From Pristiophorus japonicus (taxonomy: Eukaryota): a DNA stretch of 64,000 nucleotides. The stretch lies in contig NC_092006.1 of the NCBI RefSeq assembly GCF_044704955.1, positions 7,812,001-7,876,000 on the forward strand, read 5' to 3'. The position numbers and the translations under genes were made by a program. The notes beneath the pieces were generated by a model. It was not told the origin of the DNA and did no database searches. It saw nothing but the letters and a program-made list of their open reading frames with translations. Below, piece after piece: positions 39,144 through 50,964 of this stretch; position 1 is the first letter of the stretch; each line of letters opens with the position of its first letter.

Positions 39144-40057
39144 GGGGTGGAAATTCCGTCCGCAGTTGCCTCCCGACCGGAGAATTTTTACGCATCGTGG
39201 TTTCCGATTCCGGTGGGGAGACCTTCTCTTGCCCCGCCGCGCTCCCGTCCGGAGGGTTCCCACGCGCAGAAGGTGCAGTCACGTGTGTTAGGTTCAGAAT
39301 AAATCCACAGGACTGTATCGAGAGCTCAAAACTGCTGCAACCTTGGTCTCTTTATTCAGACTCCAGAGTGGGGAAGCAGCATTGTGAATCACCTTTTATA
39401 CCTGCTTGCCCCAGGGTGCACAGGTGACCCTTGGGTCTCCCACAGGCCTGCCCCCGAGCGGCGAGTCTTACATATTGGTGAGGTTTACATACAGACACAA
39501 CGTGTGACTGCTCAGCCAATCAGGTACAGTATACCACAGCTTACCCGTTAATAGCAACGGGAACTCCGTATTGACCAGTTCTCAGTGCTATTAATGGGGG
39601 AAAAAAAACTCTCGCTAATAAAAAATTAAAAAAACAGAGCTCACATAGTTAAAATTAATTGAAATTAAAGTTAATAAATGCCTTAGAAAAAAACTTTTAA
39701 AAAATTTTGTAAGTCAGGTTAAAAATAAACTTACCTTAGTGGGCAGAGTTTTACAAACAATTATTTAATTTAATTTTATTGTGTTTATGTATGTTTGAAA
39801 ACACTGTAAAAGCAGGCTACGTGACAGCTTTTTCCAGGCGCAAGAACTTTGAGGACGTTTGCTGGGCAAGATATGCGTAAATCACGCAATTGTGCTCGTA
39901 CCCGATCTGCGGATCATCGGTCCAGCTCCAGCTGGACAGAGCGGAAAAGCCGGTTTTCAGCACATGCGCATTGTGTGCCGAAAACCGGCTTTTCCCCGAT
40001 GCCTTCCCGGGTCTGTGGAAACTTCGTACGGGCCCGGGAGGTCGGAATTTCTACCCC
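39144..40057. mobile_element. Non-autonomous DNA transposon / MITE (possibly PIF-Harbinger type)
   Basis: 15-bp TIRs ggggtggaaattccg / cggaatttctacccc (14/15 match); no coding capacity seen. Confidence 0.6.
39286..39499 (-). mobile_element. Solo LTR nested in the MITE
   Basis: TG...CA ends, 5-bp TSD acgtg (39281 and 39500), minus-strand TATAAAAG and AATAAA. Confidence 0.78.
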
Positions 40058-40129
40058 ATTATCTCTCCATTTGGGCATCTCCTCGGACAGCTTTAACCGC
40101 GTGGCTACTGATGCGTTGTCGGCCGCATC

Positions 40130-41135
40130 ACAGAAAAGTTACGCCGCGGAAGGAGGCCATTCGGCCCATCGTGTCCCGCGCCGGCCGACAAAGAGCCACC
40201 CGGCCTAATCCCACTTTCCCGCTCTCGGTCCATAGCCCTGCAGGTTACGGCACTTCAAGTGTTACATCCAGGTACTTTTTAAATGTGGTGAGGGTTTCTG
40301 CCTCTACCACCCTTTCAGGCAGTGAGTTCCACCCCAGACCCCCACCACCCTCTGGGTGAAGACATTTCCCCTCAAATCCCCTCTAAACCCCCCCCCAATT
40401 ACTTTAAATCTATGGCCCCCTGGTTGTTGACCCCTCTGCCAAGGGAAACAGGTCCGTCCTATCCACTCTATCCAGGCCCCTCATCATTTTATACACCTCA
40501 ATCAGGTCTCCCCTCAGCCTCCTCTGTTCCAAAGAAAACAACTCCAGCCTATCCAATCTTTCCTCATTGCTAAAATTCTCCAGTCCTGGCAACATCCTGG
40601 TAAATCTCCTCTACACCCTCTCTAGTGCAACATCCTGGTAAATCTCCTCAATACCCTCTCCAGTGCAACATCCTGGTAAATCTCTGAACTCTCTCTAGTG
40701 CAATATCCTGGTAAATCTCCTCTGTACCCTCTCCAGTGCAACATCCTGGTAAATCTCCTCTGTACCCTCTCCAGTGCAACATCCTGGTAAATCTCTGAAC
40801 TCTCTCTAGTGCAATATCCTGGTAAATCTCCTCTGTACCCTCTCCAGTGCAACATCCTGGTAAATCTCCTCTGTACCCTCTCTAGTGCAACATCCTGGTA
40901 AATCTCCTCTGTACCCTCTCTAGTGCAACATCCTGGTAAATCTCCTCTGTACCCTCTCCAGTGCAACATCCTGGTAAATCTCCTCTGCACCCTCTCCAGT
41001 GCAATCACATCTTTCCTGTAATGTGGTGACCAGAACTGCACGCAGTACTCCAGCTGTGGCCTAACCAGTGTTTTATACAGTTCAAGCATAACCTCCCTGC
41101 TCTTGTATTCTATGCCTCGGCTAATAAAGGCAAGT
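40130..41135 (-). mobile_element. CR1 3' fragment with 38-bp tandem array (about 40588-41003, about 11 copies)
   Basis: Repeated ALERVQRRFTRML segment; unit agtgcaacatcctggtaaatctcctctgtaccctctcc. Confidence 0.9.
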
Positions 41136-41404
41136 AGTCTGTGTGCTCATCATGGATCGATCCCGGTCTCTCACTGCACAGATCTCGCTGGCTCCCGGAC
41201 CTGCGCACTGGCTGGGACAGGGCCTGGAGATGGTGGGAAAGTGCATCGCCACCCCGTCGCTCCATCCCACCCTGCCCCATGGAAGAAGTTATAAAGTGCA
41301 GCCCCAAAATTGCAGCCTTGCAATAAAATGACAAGAGTAATGGTCTATTAAATCCCTGTTTGTACTTGTGCCCAGAGGAGAAGACGCTATTTATACAGCG
41401 CCGT

Positions 41405-42180
41405 GTCAGGCCGTAGCTCAGTGAGCAGCAGTCTCTCTCGCCTCAGCGTCAGAAGGTCATGGGTTCCAGTCCCACTCCAGAGCGTTAAGTACAAAATTCA
41501 GGCCGCTACTCCAATGCCCCGCACTGTCGGAGGGGCGGTACTGAGGGAGCGCCGCACTGTCGGAGGGGCGGTACTGAGGGAGCGCCGCACTGTCGGAGGG
41601 GCGGTACTGAGGGAGCGCCGCACTGTCGGAGGGGCGGTACTGAGGGAGCGCCGCACTGTCGGAGGGGCGGTACTGAGGGAGCGCCGCACTGTCGGAGGGG
41701 CGGTACTGAGGGAGCGCCGCACTGTCGGAGGGGCGGTACTGAGGGAGCGCCGCACTGTCGGAGGGGCGGTACTGAGGGAGCGCCGCACTGTCGGAGGGGC
41801 GGTACTGAGGGAGCGCCGCACTGTCGGAGGGGCGGTACTGAGGGAGCGCCGCACTGTCGGAGGGGCAGTACTGAGGGAGTGCCGCACTGTCGGAGGGGCA
41901 GTACTGAGGGAGCGCCGCACTGTCGGAGGGGCAGTACTGAGGGAGCGCCGCACTGTCGGAGGGGCGGTACTGAGGGAGCGCCGCACTGTCGGAGGGGCGG
42001 TACTGAGGGAGCGCCGCACTGTCGGAGGGGCGGTACTGAGGGAGCGCCGCACTGTCGGAGGGGCGGTACTGAGGGAGTGCCGCACTGTGGGAGGGGCGGT
42101 ACTGAGGGAGCGCCGCACCGTCGGAGGGGCAGTACTGAGGGAGCCCCGCACTGTCGGAGCTGCCGTCTTTCGGATGAGAC
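41405..42180 (+). mobile_element. DeuSINE 5' part with homogeneous 33-bp array (about 19 copies)
   Basis: tRNA-like head at about 41405-41480; near-identical units 41520-42160. Confidence 0.92.
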
Positions 42181-42369
42181 TTCACTTAAGAACATGAATG
42201 AACCAGTTGGACCCAGCAACTCCCACGGTGCCAGATTATTGGATTCAATCTCACAACTTGGTGTGACTTGGTGGTTGGCACGCTCGACCAGCCCCTTGTA
42301 CCGAGGGCACGCTGCGAGTGTTTGAGGTTGGGCAGCGCGCTGTGGTCCTACGCGCTCCTTTCCACCCAC

Positions 42370-42432
42370 CTTTCGCCTTTGTTCATTCCGCCGATGATGA
42401 CTGTGTTCCACAGAGGGTTCATCTTGCACCTC
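42370..42432 (-). CDS. PSMB4: PSMB4 coding exon 4
   Basis: Acceptor tctctcttgcag. Reads RCKMNPLWNTVIIGGMNKGE. Donor AG|GTGGGT; 63 nt, phases match both neighbours. Confidence 0.96.
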
Positions 42433-42732
42433 CTGCAAGAGAGAGAAAAAGGTTGGCTTGGACGGGGCAGCTCTCGGTTAGCAAGTGGGGGTCTCTGGCC
42501 CCAGGATACCCCCACTCTTGTGCACTGGCCAACCAACGCACGCAGTGGCAAACATCGCGTTTAACATGGCTGCCAACAACGCGTATTGATTTTGTTGCAC
42601 ACCTCCGTACAAAGACCATCACTTCACACATCCTCTTTTCTACACAATTGCAGGGTTCACTCAAAGACGCACACATTTGATAACAGCACAGGTTACACTG
42701 GGACAAATTTTCAGTCCGTTTTCATACACGCG

Positions 42733-43068
42733 ATCGGGGGCCCAGGAGAGGCGAGGGCCCAGGGGCAGCACGGGCCCAGCCCACACTGTGCGATGTGTGC
42801 GTGCACTGGGCCCGTGCAGCAGAGCTGGTCTCCAGTCGTCTTGGTTAACCCTTGCCCCTGGACCAAGACCTCGCTCTGTCAAGCCCGTGTGGTGGCTGGT
42901 GTGCAACGGTCACCCCACGTTAAAAAAATCCACCCACAGGGATCTTCCACCCTTCAGGGTGGAGTTCGTGACCTGGAATATTAGGTCCTTCACTGAAACA
43001 CCTGTGAACCCATCCACTGGCGTGGAAGCAAGTCATCCTCGATACGAGGGACCACCCATGATGATAAT
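42733..43068 (+). mobile_element. RTE-derived short element
   Basis: Hairpin gcacgggcccag/ctgggcccgtgc, EFVTWNIRS remnant, tail gaagcaagtcatcctcgatacgagggac...atgatgata. Confidence 0.8.
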
Positions 43069-43079
43069 GCATTGATACA

Positions 43080-43510
43080 GCGCCTGTGGCGTCCTTAGGC
43101 GCTTCACAGGAGCGATTATCAAACACAATTTAACACCGAGCCACACAAGGAGATATTAGGGACAGGCGACCAAAAGCTGGGTCAAAGAGTTCGGTTTGAA
43201 GGAGCGTCTTAAAGGAAGAGAGAGAGGCGGAGTGGTTTAGGGAGGGAGTTCCAGAGCTCGGGGCCCAGGCAGCTGAAGGCACGGCCACCGATGGTGGAGC
43301 GATGGAAATCGGGGGATGCTCAGGAGGGCAGAATTAGAGGAGCGCAGAGATCTCGGGGGGGGGGGGTATGTGGGGCTAGAGGAGGTTACAGAGATAGGGA
43401 GGGGTGAGGAGGCCATGGAGGGATTTGAAAACGAGGACGAGAATTTTAAAATGGAGGCGGTGCCGGCCCGGGAGCCGATGTGGGTCATCGGGCACGGCGG
43501 GTGATGGGTA
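43080..43510 (-). mobile_element. L2 LINE 3' end
   Basis: Same L2 tail as at 15125-15480. Confidence 0.82.
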
Positions 43511-43574
43511 AACGCCACTGTGGCTGGATGCACTCAGCTGTAAGTGACTCCGCTGTAGAAAGAAGCAAGAGCCA

Positions 43575-44548
43575 TTTACAATCTATATTAACGACTTGGA
43601 AGAAGGGACTGAGTGTAACGGAGCCAAGTTTGCTGACGATACAAAGATGGGAGGAAAAGCAATGTGTGAGGAGGACACACACAATCTGCAGAAGGACCTC
43701 GACAGGCTAAGTGAGTGGGCAAAAGTTTGGCCGATGGAGTATAATGTGGGAAAGTGTGAGGTCGTGCACTTCGGCAGAAAAAAAAAATCAAAGAGCAAGT
43801 TATTATTTAAATGGAGAAAGATTGCAAAGTGCCGCAGTACAGCGGGACCTGGGGGTACTTGTGCATGAAACACAAAAGGATAGTATGCAGGTACAGCAAG
43901 TGATCAGGAAGGCCAATGGTATCTTGGCCTTTATCGCAAAGGGGATGGAGTATAAAAGCAGGGAAGTCTTGCTACAGTTATACAGGGTATTGGTGAGGCC
44001 ACACCTGGAATACTGCGTGCAGTTTTGGTCTCCGTATTTACGAAAGGATATACTTGCTTTGGAGGCAGTTCAGAGAAGGTTCACTCGGTTGATTCCGGGG
44101 ATGAGGGGGTTGACTTATGAGGAAAGGTTGAGTAGGTTGGGCCTCTACTCATTGAAATTCAAAAGAATGAGAGGTGATCTTATCGAAACGTATAAGATTA
44201 TGAGGGGGCTTGACAAGTGGATGCAGAGAGGATGTTTCCACTGATGGGGGAGACTAGAACTAGAGGGCATGATCTTAGAATAAGGGGCCGCCCATTTAAA
44301 ACTGAGATGAGGAGGAATTTCTTCTCTGAGGGTTGTAAATCTGTGGAATTTGCTGCCTCAGAGAGCTGTGGAAGCTGGGACATTAAATAAATTTAAGACA
44401 GAGATAGACAGTTTGTTAACCGAAAGGGATAAGGGGGCGGGGCAGGGAAGTGGAGCTGAGTCCATGATCGGATCAGCCATGATCGTATTAAATAGCGGAG
44501 CAGGCTCAAGGGGCCGAATGGCAGACTCCTGCTCCTATTTCTTATGTT
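43575..44548 (+). mobile_element. CR1 LINE 3' fragment
   Basis: [33 protein letters not shown]. Confidence 0.92.
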
Positions 44549-44575
44549 CGTCTGCTGCTCGCACAATAAGTTCAC

Positions 44576-44659
44576 CTGTTGTACATGACTCTGGTCAGCC
44601 AGGAATGGATCGCCTTCGGACTGTAGCTGTGACCATCTCCAAGCAGTTCTTCATCGATC
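44576..44659 (-). CDS. PSMB4: PSMB4 coding exon 3
   Basis: Acceptor tttctccccag. Reads [27 protein letters not shown]. Donor AG|GTGAAC; 84 nt. Not in the ORF track; translated by hand. Confidence 0.96.
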
Positions 44660-44904
44660 CTGGGGAGAAACGCAGAGAATTACATCGAATGTACAGCACA
44701 GAAACAGGCCATATACACGCTACTGATCTGAAATTGCGGGATGCCCACGGAGAGAAGCCTCAGGCAAACCGCACATTGGGACTGATGGCGTCACCAGAAT
44801 CACAGGCCTTGCGGTGTTTAATAAGAGTGTCTATTGATAACACCTATAGCCGTCAGCCAATGAATTGGAGGCGGGAGTCAGAGCAAACAATATATTTTAC
44901 AGCA

Positions 44905-47445
44905 GTCAAATTACTCAGCAAACAGAATCTACTTAAACAGCGCACATGCTCAACAGTCTGCAGAATCTATTTAAACAGCGCGCTACAACAGTCTGCAGAA
45001 TCTATTTAAACACACTGCAACAGTCTACAGAATCTATTTAAACACACTGCAACAGTCTGCAGAATCTATTTAAACACACTGCAACAGTCTGCAGAATCAA
45101 TTTAAACACACTACAACAGTCTACAGAATCTATTTAAACACACTGCAACAGTCTGCAGAATCTATTTAAACACACTGCAACAGTCTACAGAATCTATTTA
45201 AACACACTGCAACAGTCTGCAGAATCTATTTAAACACACTGCAACAGTCTGCAGAATCAATTTAAACACACTACAACAGTCTACAGAATCTATTTAAACA
45301 CACTGCAACAGTCTGCAGAATCAATTTAAACAGCGCGCTACAACAGTCTACAGAATCTATTTAAACACACTGCAACAGTCTGCAGAATCTATTTAAACAC
45401 ACTGCAACAGTTTGCAGAATCAATTTAAACAGCGCGCTACAACAGTCTACAGAATCTATTTAAACACACTGCAACAGTCTACAGAATCTATTTAAACACA
45501 CTGCAACAGTCTGCAGAATCTATTTAAACAGCACACTACAGCTAACAGTCTGCAGAATCTATTTAAACACCATCATCATCATCACAGGCGGTCCCTCGAA
45601 GCGAGGTGACTTGCTGCCACGCCAAAAAAGGATGAGTTTACAGGTGTTTCGATGAAGGACCCGATATTCCGGATCCCGAACTACATCCTGAAGGGTGGAA
45701 GATGCCGGTGTGTGGATTTTTTTTTTTAACGTGGGGTGGCCGTTGCACACCAGCCACCACACGGGGCTTGACAGAGCGAGGTCTTGGTCCAGGGGCAAGG
45801 ATTAACCAGGGCAACTGGAAACCAGCTCTGCTGCACGGAACCAGTGCGCCCACATATCGCACAGTGTGGGCTGGGCCCGTGCTGCCCCAAGATGACTGGA
45901 GCCCAGCTCTGCTGTACAGACTTAGTGCACACATCATCATCATCATAGGCAGCCCCTCGGAATCGAGGAAGACTTGCTTCCACTCTTAAAATGAGTCCTT
46001 AGATGGCTGAACAGTCCAATACGAGAGCCACAGTCCCTGTCACAGGTGGGACAGACAGTGGTTGAGGGAAGGGGAGGGTGGGACTGGTTTGCCGCACGCT
46101 CCTTCCGCTGTCTGCGCTTGGTTTCTGCACGCTCTCGGCGACGAGACTCGAGGTGCTCAGCGCCCTCCCGGATGCACTTCCTCCACTTAGGGCGGACTGG
46201 TCTTTGGGCCAGGGACTCCCAGGTGTCGGTGGGGATCTTGCACTTTATCAGGGAGGCTGTGAGGGTGTCCTTGAAGCATTTCCTCTGCCAACCTTGGGCC
46301 TGTTTGCCGTGAAGGAGTTCCGAGTAGAGCGCTCGCTTTGGGAGTCCCGTGTCGGGGGCATGTGGACAATGTGGCCCTGCCCAGCGGAGCTGGTCGAGTG
46401 TGGTCAGTGCTTCGATGCTGGGGATGTTGGCCTGGTCGAGGACGCTAACGTTGGTGCGTCTGTCCTCCCAGGGGATTTGCAGGATCTTGCAGAGACATCG
46501 TTGGTGGTATTTCTCCAGCGATTTGTGGTGTCTGCTGTATATGATCCATATAGGTATTTGTACACCATGGGCAGTCCATCGAGTCGAGGATGACTTGCTC
46601 CCACGGCAAAAAGTTCACAGGTGTTTCAATGAAGGACCTAATATTCCGGATCCCGAACTACATCCTGAAGGGTGGAAGATGCCTGTGGGTGGATTTTTTT
46701 AACGTGGGGTGACCGTTACACATCAGCCACCACACGGGCTTGACAGAGCGAGGTCTTGGTCTAGGGGCAAGGGTTAACCAGGACGACTGGAGACCAGCTC
46801 TGCTGCACGGACCCAGTGCGCACACATATCGCACAGTGTGGGCTGGACCCGTGCTGCCCCTGGGCCCTCGCCTCTTCTGGGCCTCGATCACGTCCCTCTA
46901 CAAACTCTCGCAGCTCCTTCGCCCCGACCTCGCCACTCCTGCTGTACCTGCCCACGCTCCAATCACCGACCTGGACCTTGATGACGTCACTGCTGCTCCC
47001 TTGGAGTGGTATGCCTCCACGCTGCTCCCGAGGCCGCTCGCCACTCCTTTTGTGGCCCCGACCTGCCACTGGTGTTCTCATGCAGGTTGGGGCCTCCATG
47101 CTATGCACACACTACAGCAGTCTACAGAATCTATTTAAACAGAACACTACAGCAAACAGTCTACAGAATCTATTTAAACAGATCACTATAAGCAAGCAGT
47201 CTACAGAATCTATTTAAACAATGCACTACAGCAGTCTACAAAATCTATTTAAACAACGCACTACAGCAAACAGTCTGCAGAATCTAATTAAACAACGCAC
47301 TACAGCAAACAGTCCACAGAATCTAGTTAAACACACTACAGCAAACAGTCTACAGAATCTATTTAAATACAGAAAACAGTCTACAGAATCTATTTATAAA
47401 CAGAACAGTGCAGAAAACAGTCTACAGAATCTATTTAAACAGCGC
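44905..47445. repeat. 32-bp satellite acactgcaacagtct(a/g)cagaatctatttaaac, split by RTE insertions (about 45570-47103)
   Basis: Arrays at about 44930-45570 and 47105-47445. The interval holds two RTE-derived short elements and an RTE 3' fragment (about 45935-46545), all minus strand. Confidence 0.88.
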
Positions 47446-47626
47446 AGTCTCCATTCCAGCCGGGAATAATTGGTGTCACTCTAGGCAGCTGTGTCATTAG
47501 CCGAGGGTCTCTATTACTGGCGTGCGGGCTTTCTCCCACTGGAGGACTCGCTAACGCCGCGCGGGAGTGAACAGGCGGCAGGCAGAGAGCGCCGACTGCA
47601 GCAAGGCCACCGCGCCCGTCACTTAC

Positions 47627-47833
47627 ATCATCTGCTCGATGGCCTGCTTGAGGTACTGGTAATCGGCGTAGTCGCCCGAGGCCCCCAGGATCGTGCTCTC
47701 GTTCACTTTCATCAGCCGGGGTATGTTGCGGAACCGCGCCATGGACCCGTAGGAGCCCAGCATATCGGCGGCAAGAATGACGCCGCCGTCGAACTTCAAC
47801 CCGAGCACCGAGGTACCCGTCACCATGGGACTC
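47627..47833 (-). CDS. PSMB4: PSMB4 coding exon 2
   Basis: Acceptor ttttttgcag. Reads [68 protein letters not shown], the proteasome beta-7 signature. Donor GTAAGT; 207 nt. Confidence 0.97.
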
Positions 47834-48052
47834 CTGCAAAAAACAAGGCCGCGTTAGCAACAGGAGGCCATTCAGCCCATCGAACTTCACCCGGAGGTCC
47901 CAGTCACCATGGGACTCCTGCAAAAAAACAAGGCCGCGTTAGGAACAGGAGGCCATTCAGCCCATCGAATTTCACCCCGAAGTACCCGTCACCATGGGAC
48001 TCCTGCAAAAAACAAGGCTGCATTAGCAACAGGCCATTCAGCCCATCAAACC
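47786..48052 (-). repeat. Tandem triplication (84/85-bp period) of the PSMB4 intron 1/exon 2 junction
   Basis: tcaccatgggactcctgcaaaaaa(a)caagg occurs three times, with acceptor junctions at 47833, 47917 and 48002. Confidence 0.92.
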
Positions 48053-48377
48053 CGTTCCTACTACTACTACTAGGCAGTCCCTAGTAACAAGGATGATGTT
48101 CACACCAACAAAAGATGGGATAACAGGTGTAACAATGAGTTACATCTTAAAGGATGGATTTTTTTAACATCGGGTGGCCGTTGCACACCAGCCACCACAC
48201 GGGCTTGACAGAGTTAGGTCTTGGTCCAGTGGCGAGGATTGACCAAGACGACTGGAGACCTGCTCTGCTGCACGATAGAGGTGCAAGGCCTTCCATGGCC
48301 AAATAGACAAGGTCATCATTCACTAGCTGGAACCCAGCCCCTGAAGAGCACCCGGGAGGGGTTGAAATGTACATTAG

Positions 48378-50430
48378 CGTCATGGTACATCAGTCATTGA
48401 AAGTTGGCATGCAGGTACAGCAGGCGGTGAAGAAGGCAAATGGCATGTTGGCCTTCATAGCGAGAGGATTTGAGTATAGGAGCAGGGAGGTCTTACTGCA
48501 GTTGTACATGGCCTTGGTGAGACCATACCTGGGATATTGTGTTCAGTCTTGGTTTTCTAATCTGAAGGAGGACATTCTTGCTATTGAGGGAGTGCAGCGA
48601 AGGTTCGCCAGACTGATTCCCAGGATGGCAGGACTGACATATCAAGAAAGATTGCATTGACTAGGCTTATACTCACTGGAGTTTAGAAGAACGAGAGGGG
48701 ATCTCATAGAAACATATAAAATTCTGACGGGATTGGACAGGTTAGATGCAGGAAGAATGTTCCTGATGTTGGGGAAGTCCAGAACCAGGGGGTCATAGTC
48801 TAAGGATAATGGGTAAGCCATTTAGGACCGAGATGAGGAGAAACTTCTTCACTCAGAGAGTTGTGAACCTGTGGGATTCGCTGCCTCAGAGAGCTGTGGA
48901 AGCTGGGACATTGAATAAATTGAAGACAGAAATAGACAGTTTCTTAACCGATAAGGGGATAAGGGGGCGGGCAGGGAAGTGGAGCTGAGTCCATGATCAG
49001 ATCAGCCATGATCTTACTAAATGGCGGAGCAGGCTCGAGGGGTCGTATGGCCCACTCCTGCTCCTATTTCTTATGTTCTTCTGTTTGTCCTGAGATGAAG
49101 AAAGGCACTATAGAAATACATCTTTTTTTTGATGGGGGTGGGGGAAGAAGAGAAGTGGGGCAAGTTTGATTCCCGGCTATGCGGGAGGCAATACATTCCT
49201 ATTTCGAGGGGACATCGGGCACATATGCCACACCTTCCATGGGCGAACAGCGGCGCGCACACACACACACGCATGGGGAGGGTTGGAAAAGGGAATGTTG
49301 GCCACTCACAACCTGCAGCCCAGATCAGGGCCCAGGAGAGCGGAGGTCCCAGGGGCAGCACGGGCCCAGCCCACACTGTGCGATACGTGTGCGCGCTAGG
49401 TCGTGCAGCAGAGCTGGTCTCCAGTCATCCTGGTTAACCCTCGCCACTGGACTGAGACCGAGCTTTTTTCTATCCTTCACTGAAACACCTGTGAACTCAT
49501 CCCTTTTCGGCATGGAAGCAAGTCATCCTCGTTTCGAGGGACTGCCTATGATGATGATGATAAAGCCTCAGTCCCTTTGAAGATTCACTCAACTAGAAGT
49601 GGCTGGAGGACAGGGACAGAGAAGAGAGGCAAGAGGATTAAGAGTGTAAGAATTAGGAGTCAGGAGTAGGCCGTTCAAGCCCGCTCCACCATTCAACAAG
49701 ATCACGGCCGATCTGATCTTGGCCTCAACACCACTTGCCCCCTCCCCATAACCCACAACTCTCTTGTCATTCAAAAAACTCTATCTATCTCCATCTTGAA
49801 TATATTCAATGAACATAAGAAATAGGAGCAGGAGTCGGCCATACGGGCCCTCGAGCCTGCTCCGCCATTTAAGATCATGGACTCAGCTCCACTTCCCCGC
49901 CTGCTCCCCATAACCCTTCACTCCCTTATCGCTCAAAAATCTGTCTATCTCTGTCTTAAATTTATTCAATGTCCCGGCTTCCACAGCTCTCTGAGGCAGC
50001 GAATTCCACAGATTTACAACCCTCTGAGAGAAGAAATTTCTCCTCATCTCAGTTTTAAATGGGCGGCCCCTTATTCTAAGACCATGCCCCCTAGTTCTAG
50101 TCTTCTTTAGGACCGAGATGAGGAGAAACTTCTTCACTCAGAGAATTGTGAACCTGTGGAATTCTCTACCACAGAAAGTTGTTGAGGCCAGTTCGTTGGA
50201 TATATTCAAAAGGGAGTTAGATGTGGCCCTTGCAGCTAAAGGGATCGAGGGGGTATGGAGAGAAAGCAGGAATGGGGTACTGAGGGAATGATCAGCCATG
50301 ACCTTATTGAATGGCGGTGCAGGCTCGAAGGGCCGAATGGCCTCCCCCTGCTCCTATTTTCTATGTTTCTATCAGTGGAAACATCCTCTCTGCATCCACC
50401 TTGTCGAGCCCCCTCATAATCTTATACATT
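48378..50430. mobile_element. Cluster of CR1 3' fragments in both orientations plus an RTE-derived short element (about 49322-49560)
   Basis: CR1 motifs on + (48378-49080, 50105-50370) and on - (49645-50103, 50370-50428). Confidence 0.85.
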
Positions 50431-50805
50431 GCGTGTGTGTGGGGTGGAAACCCTGAGGCGAGCGGGCAGGGGAAGGCATTGACCTTCTCTAACACCCACC
50501 CACAAAAAAAACCCCCATCTATTGAGCCACGGGGGGCATCGCAGCTGGGTTGGCGGTGCCCCCCATAGCCGAATAGCAAAGGGGAAAAAATTATGGGCTT
50601 CATTTCCCCGCTGCAGCCTTCTGAAATAGTTGTTGGAGGAGGAAATGGGGGGGGGGGGGAGAAGCCCATCTTGCTGGAGGAAGAGGAAGGAGAGGGAAGA
50701 AGAAGAAAAAAATCTCCATTTTGTCTTCCATGAGACAGCGAAAAAAAAATTAAACATTATTTTTTAAGTTTCTTTTTAAAAAGATTGCCTCTGGCCCATA
50801 CTCAC

Positions 50806-50936
50806 AGCGTGTGCCGCGCCGGCCCCGTCTGGCTGGCCGGTAGCGAGTAGAAGCTGCCCGGACTGGCGCCTCCACCGCCCCACATTCCCAGGCCGCCCAG
50901 CCGCAGTTCCAGCCCCGGTCCGCTCGCCGCCGCCAT
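50806..50936 (-). CDS. PSMB4: PSMB4 coding exon 1 (N-terminal propeptide)
   Basis: ATG at 50936 in aagATGgcggc. Reads MAAASGPGLELRLGGLGMWGGGGASPGSFYSLPASQTGPARHT, resembling human GLWAGGPAPGQFYRIP...GPITRT. Donor GTGAGT at 50805; 131 nt, phase 2. Confidence 0.88.
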
Positions 50937-50964
50937 CTTACCCGCACTGAAGGGGAGAGGGAGG

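Noticed and set aside
41403-42438. Long repetitive ORFs (RERRTVGGAVL, PLRQCGAPSV) here and at the other SINE arrays
   Set aside because: A 33-bp unit is open in most frames; these are not genes.
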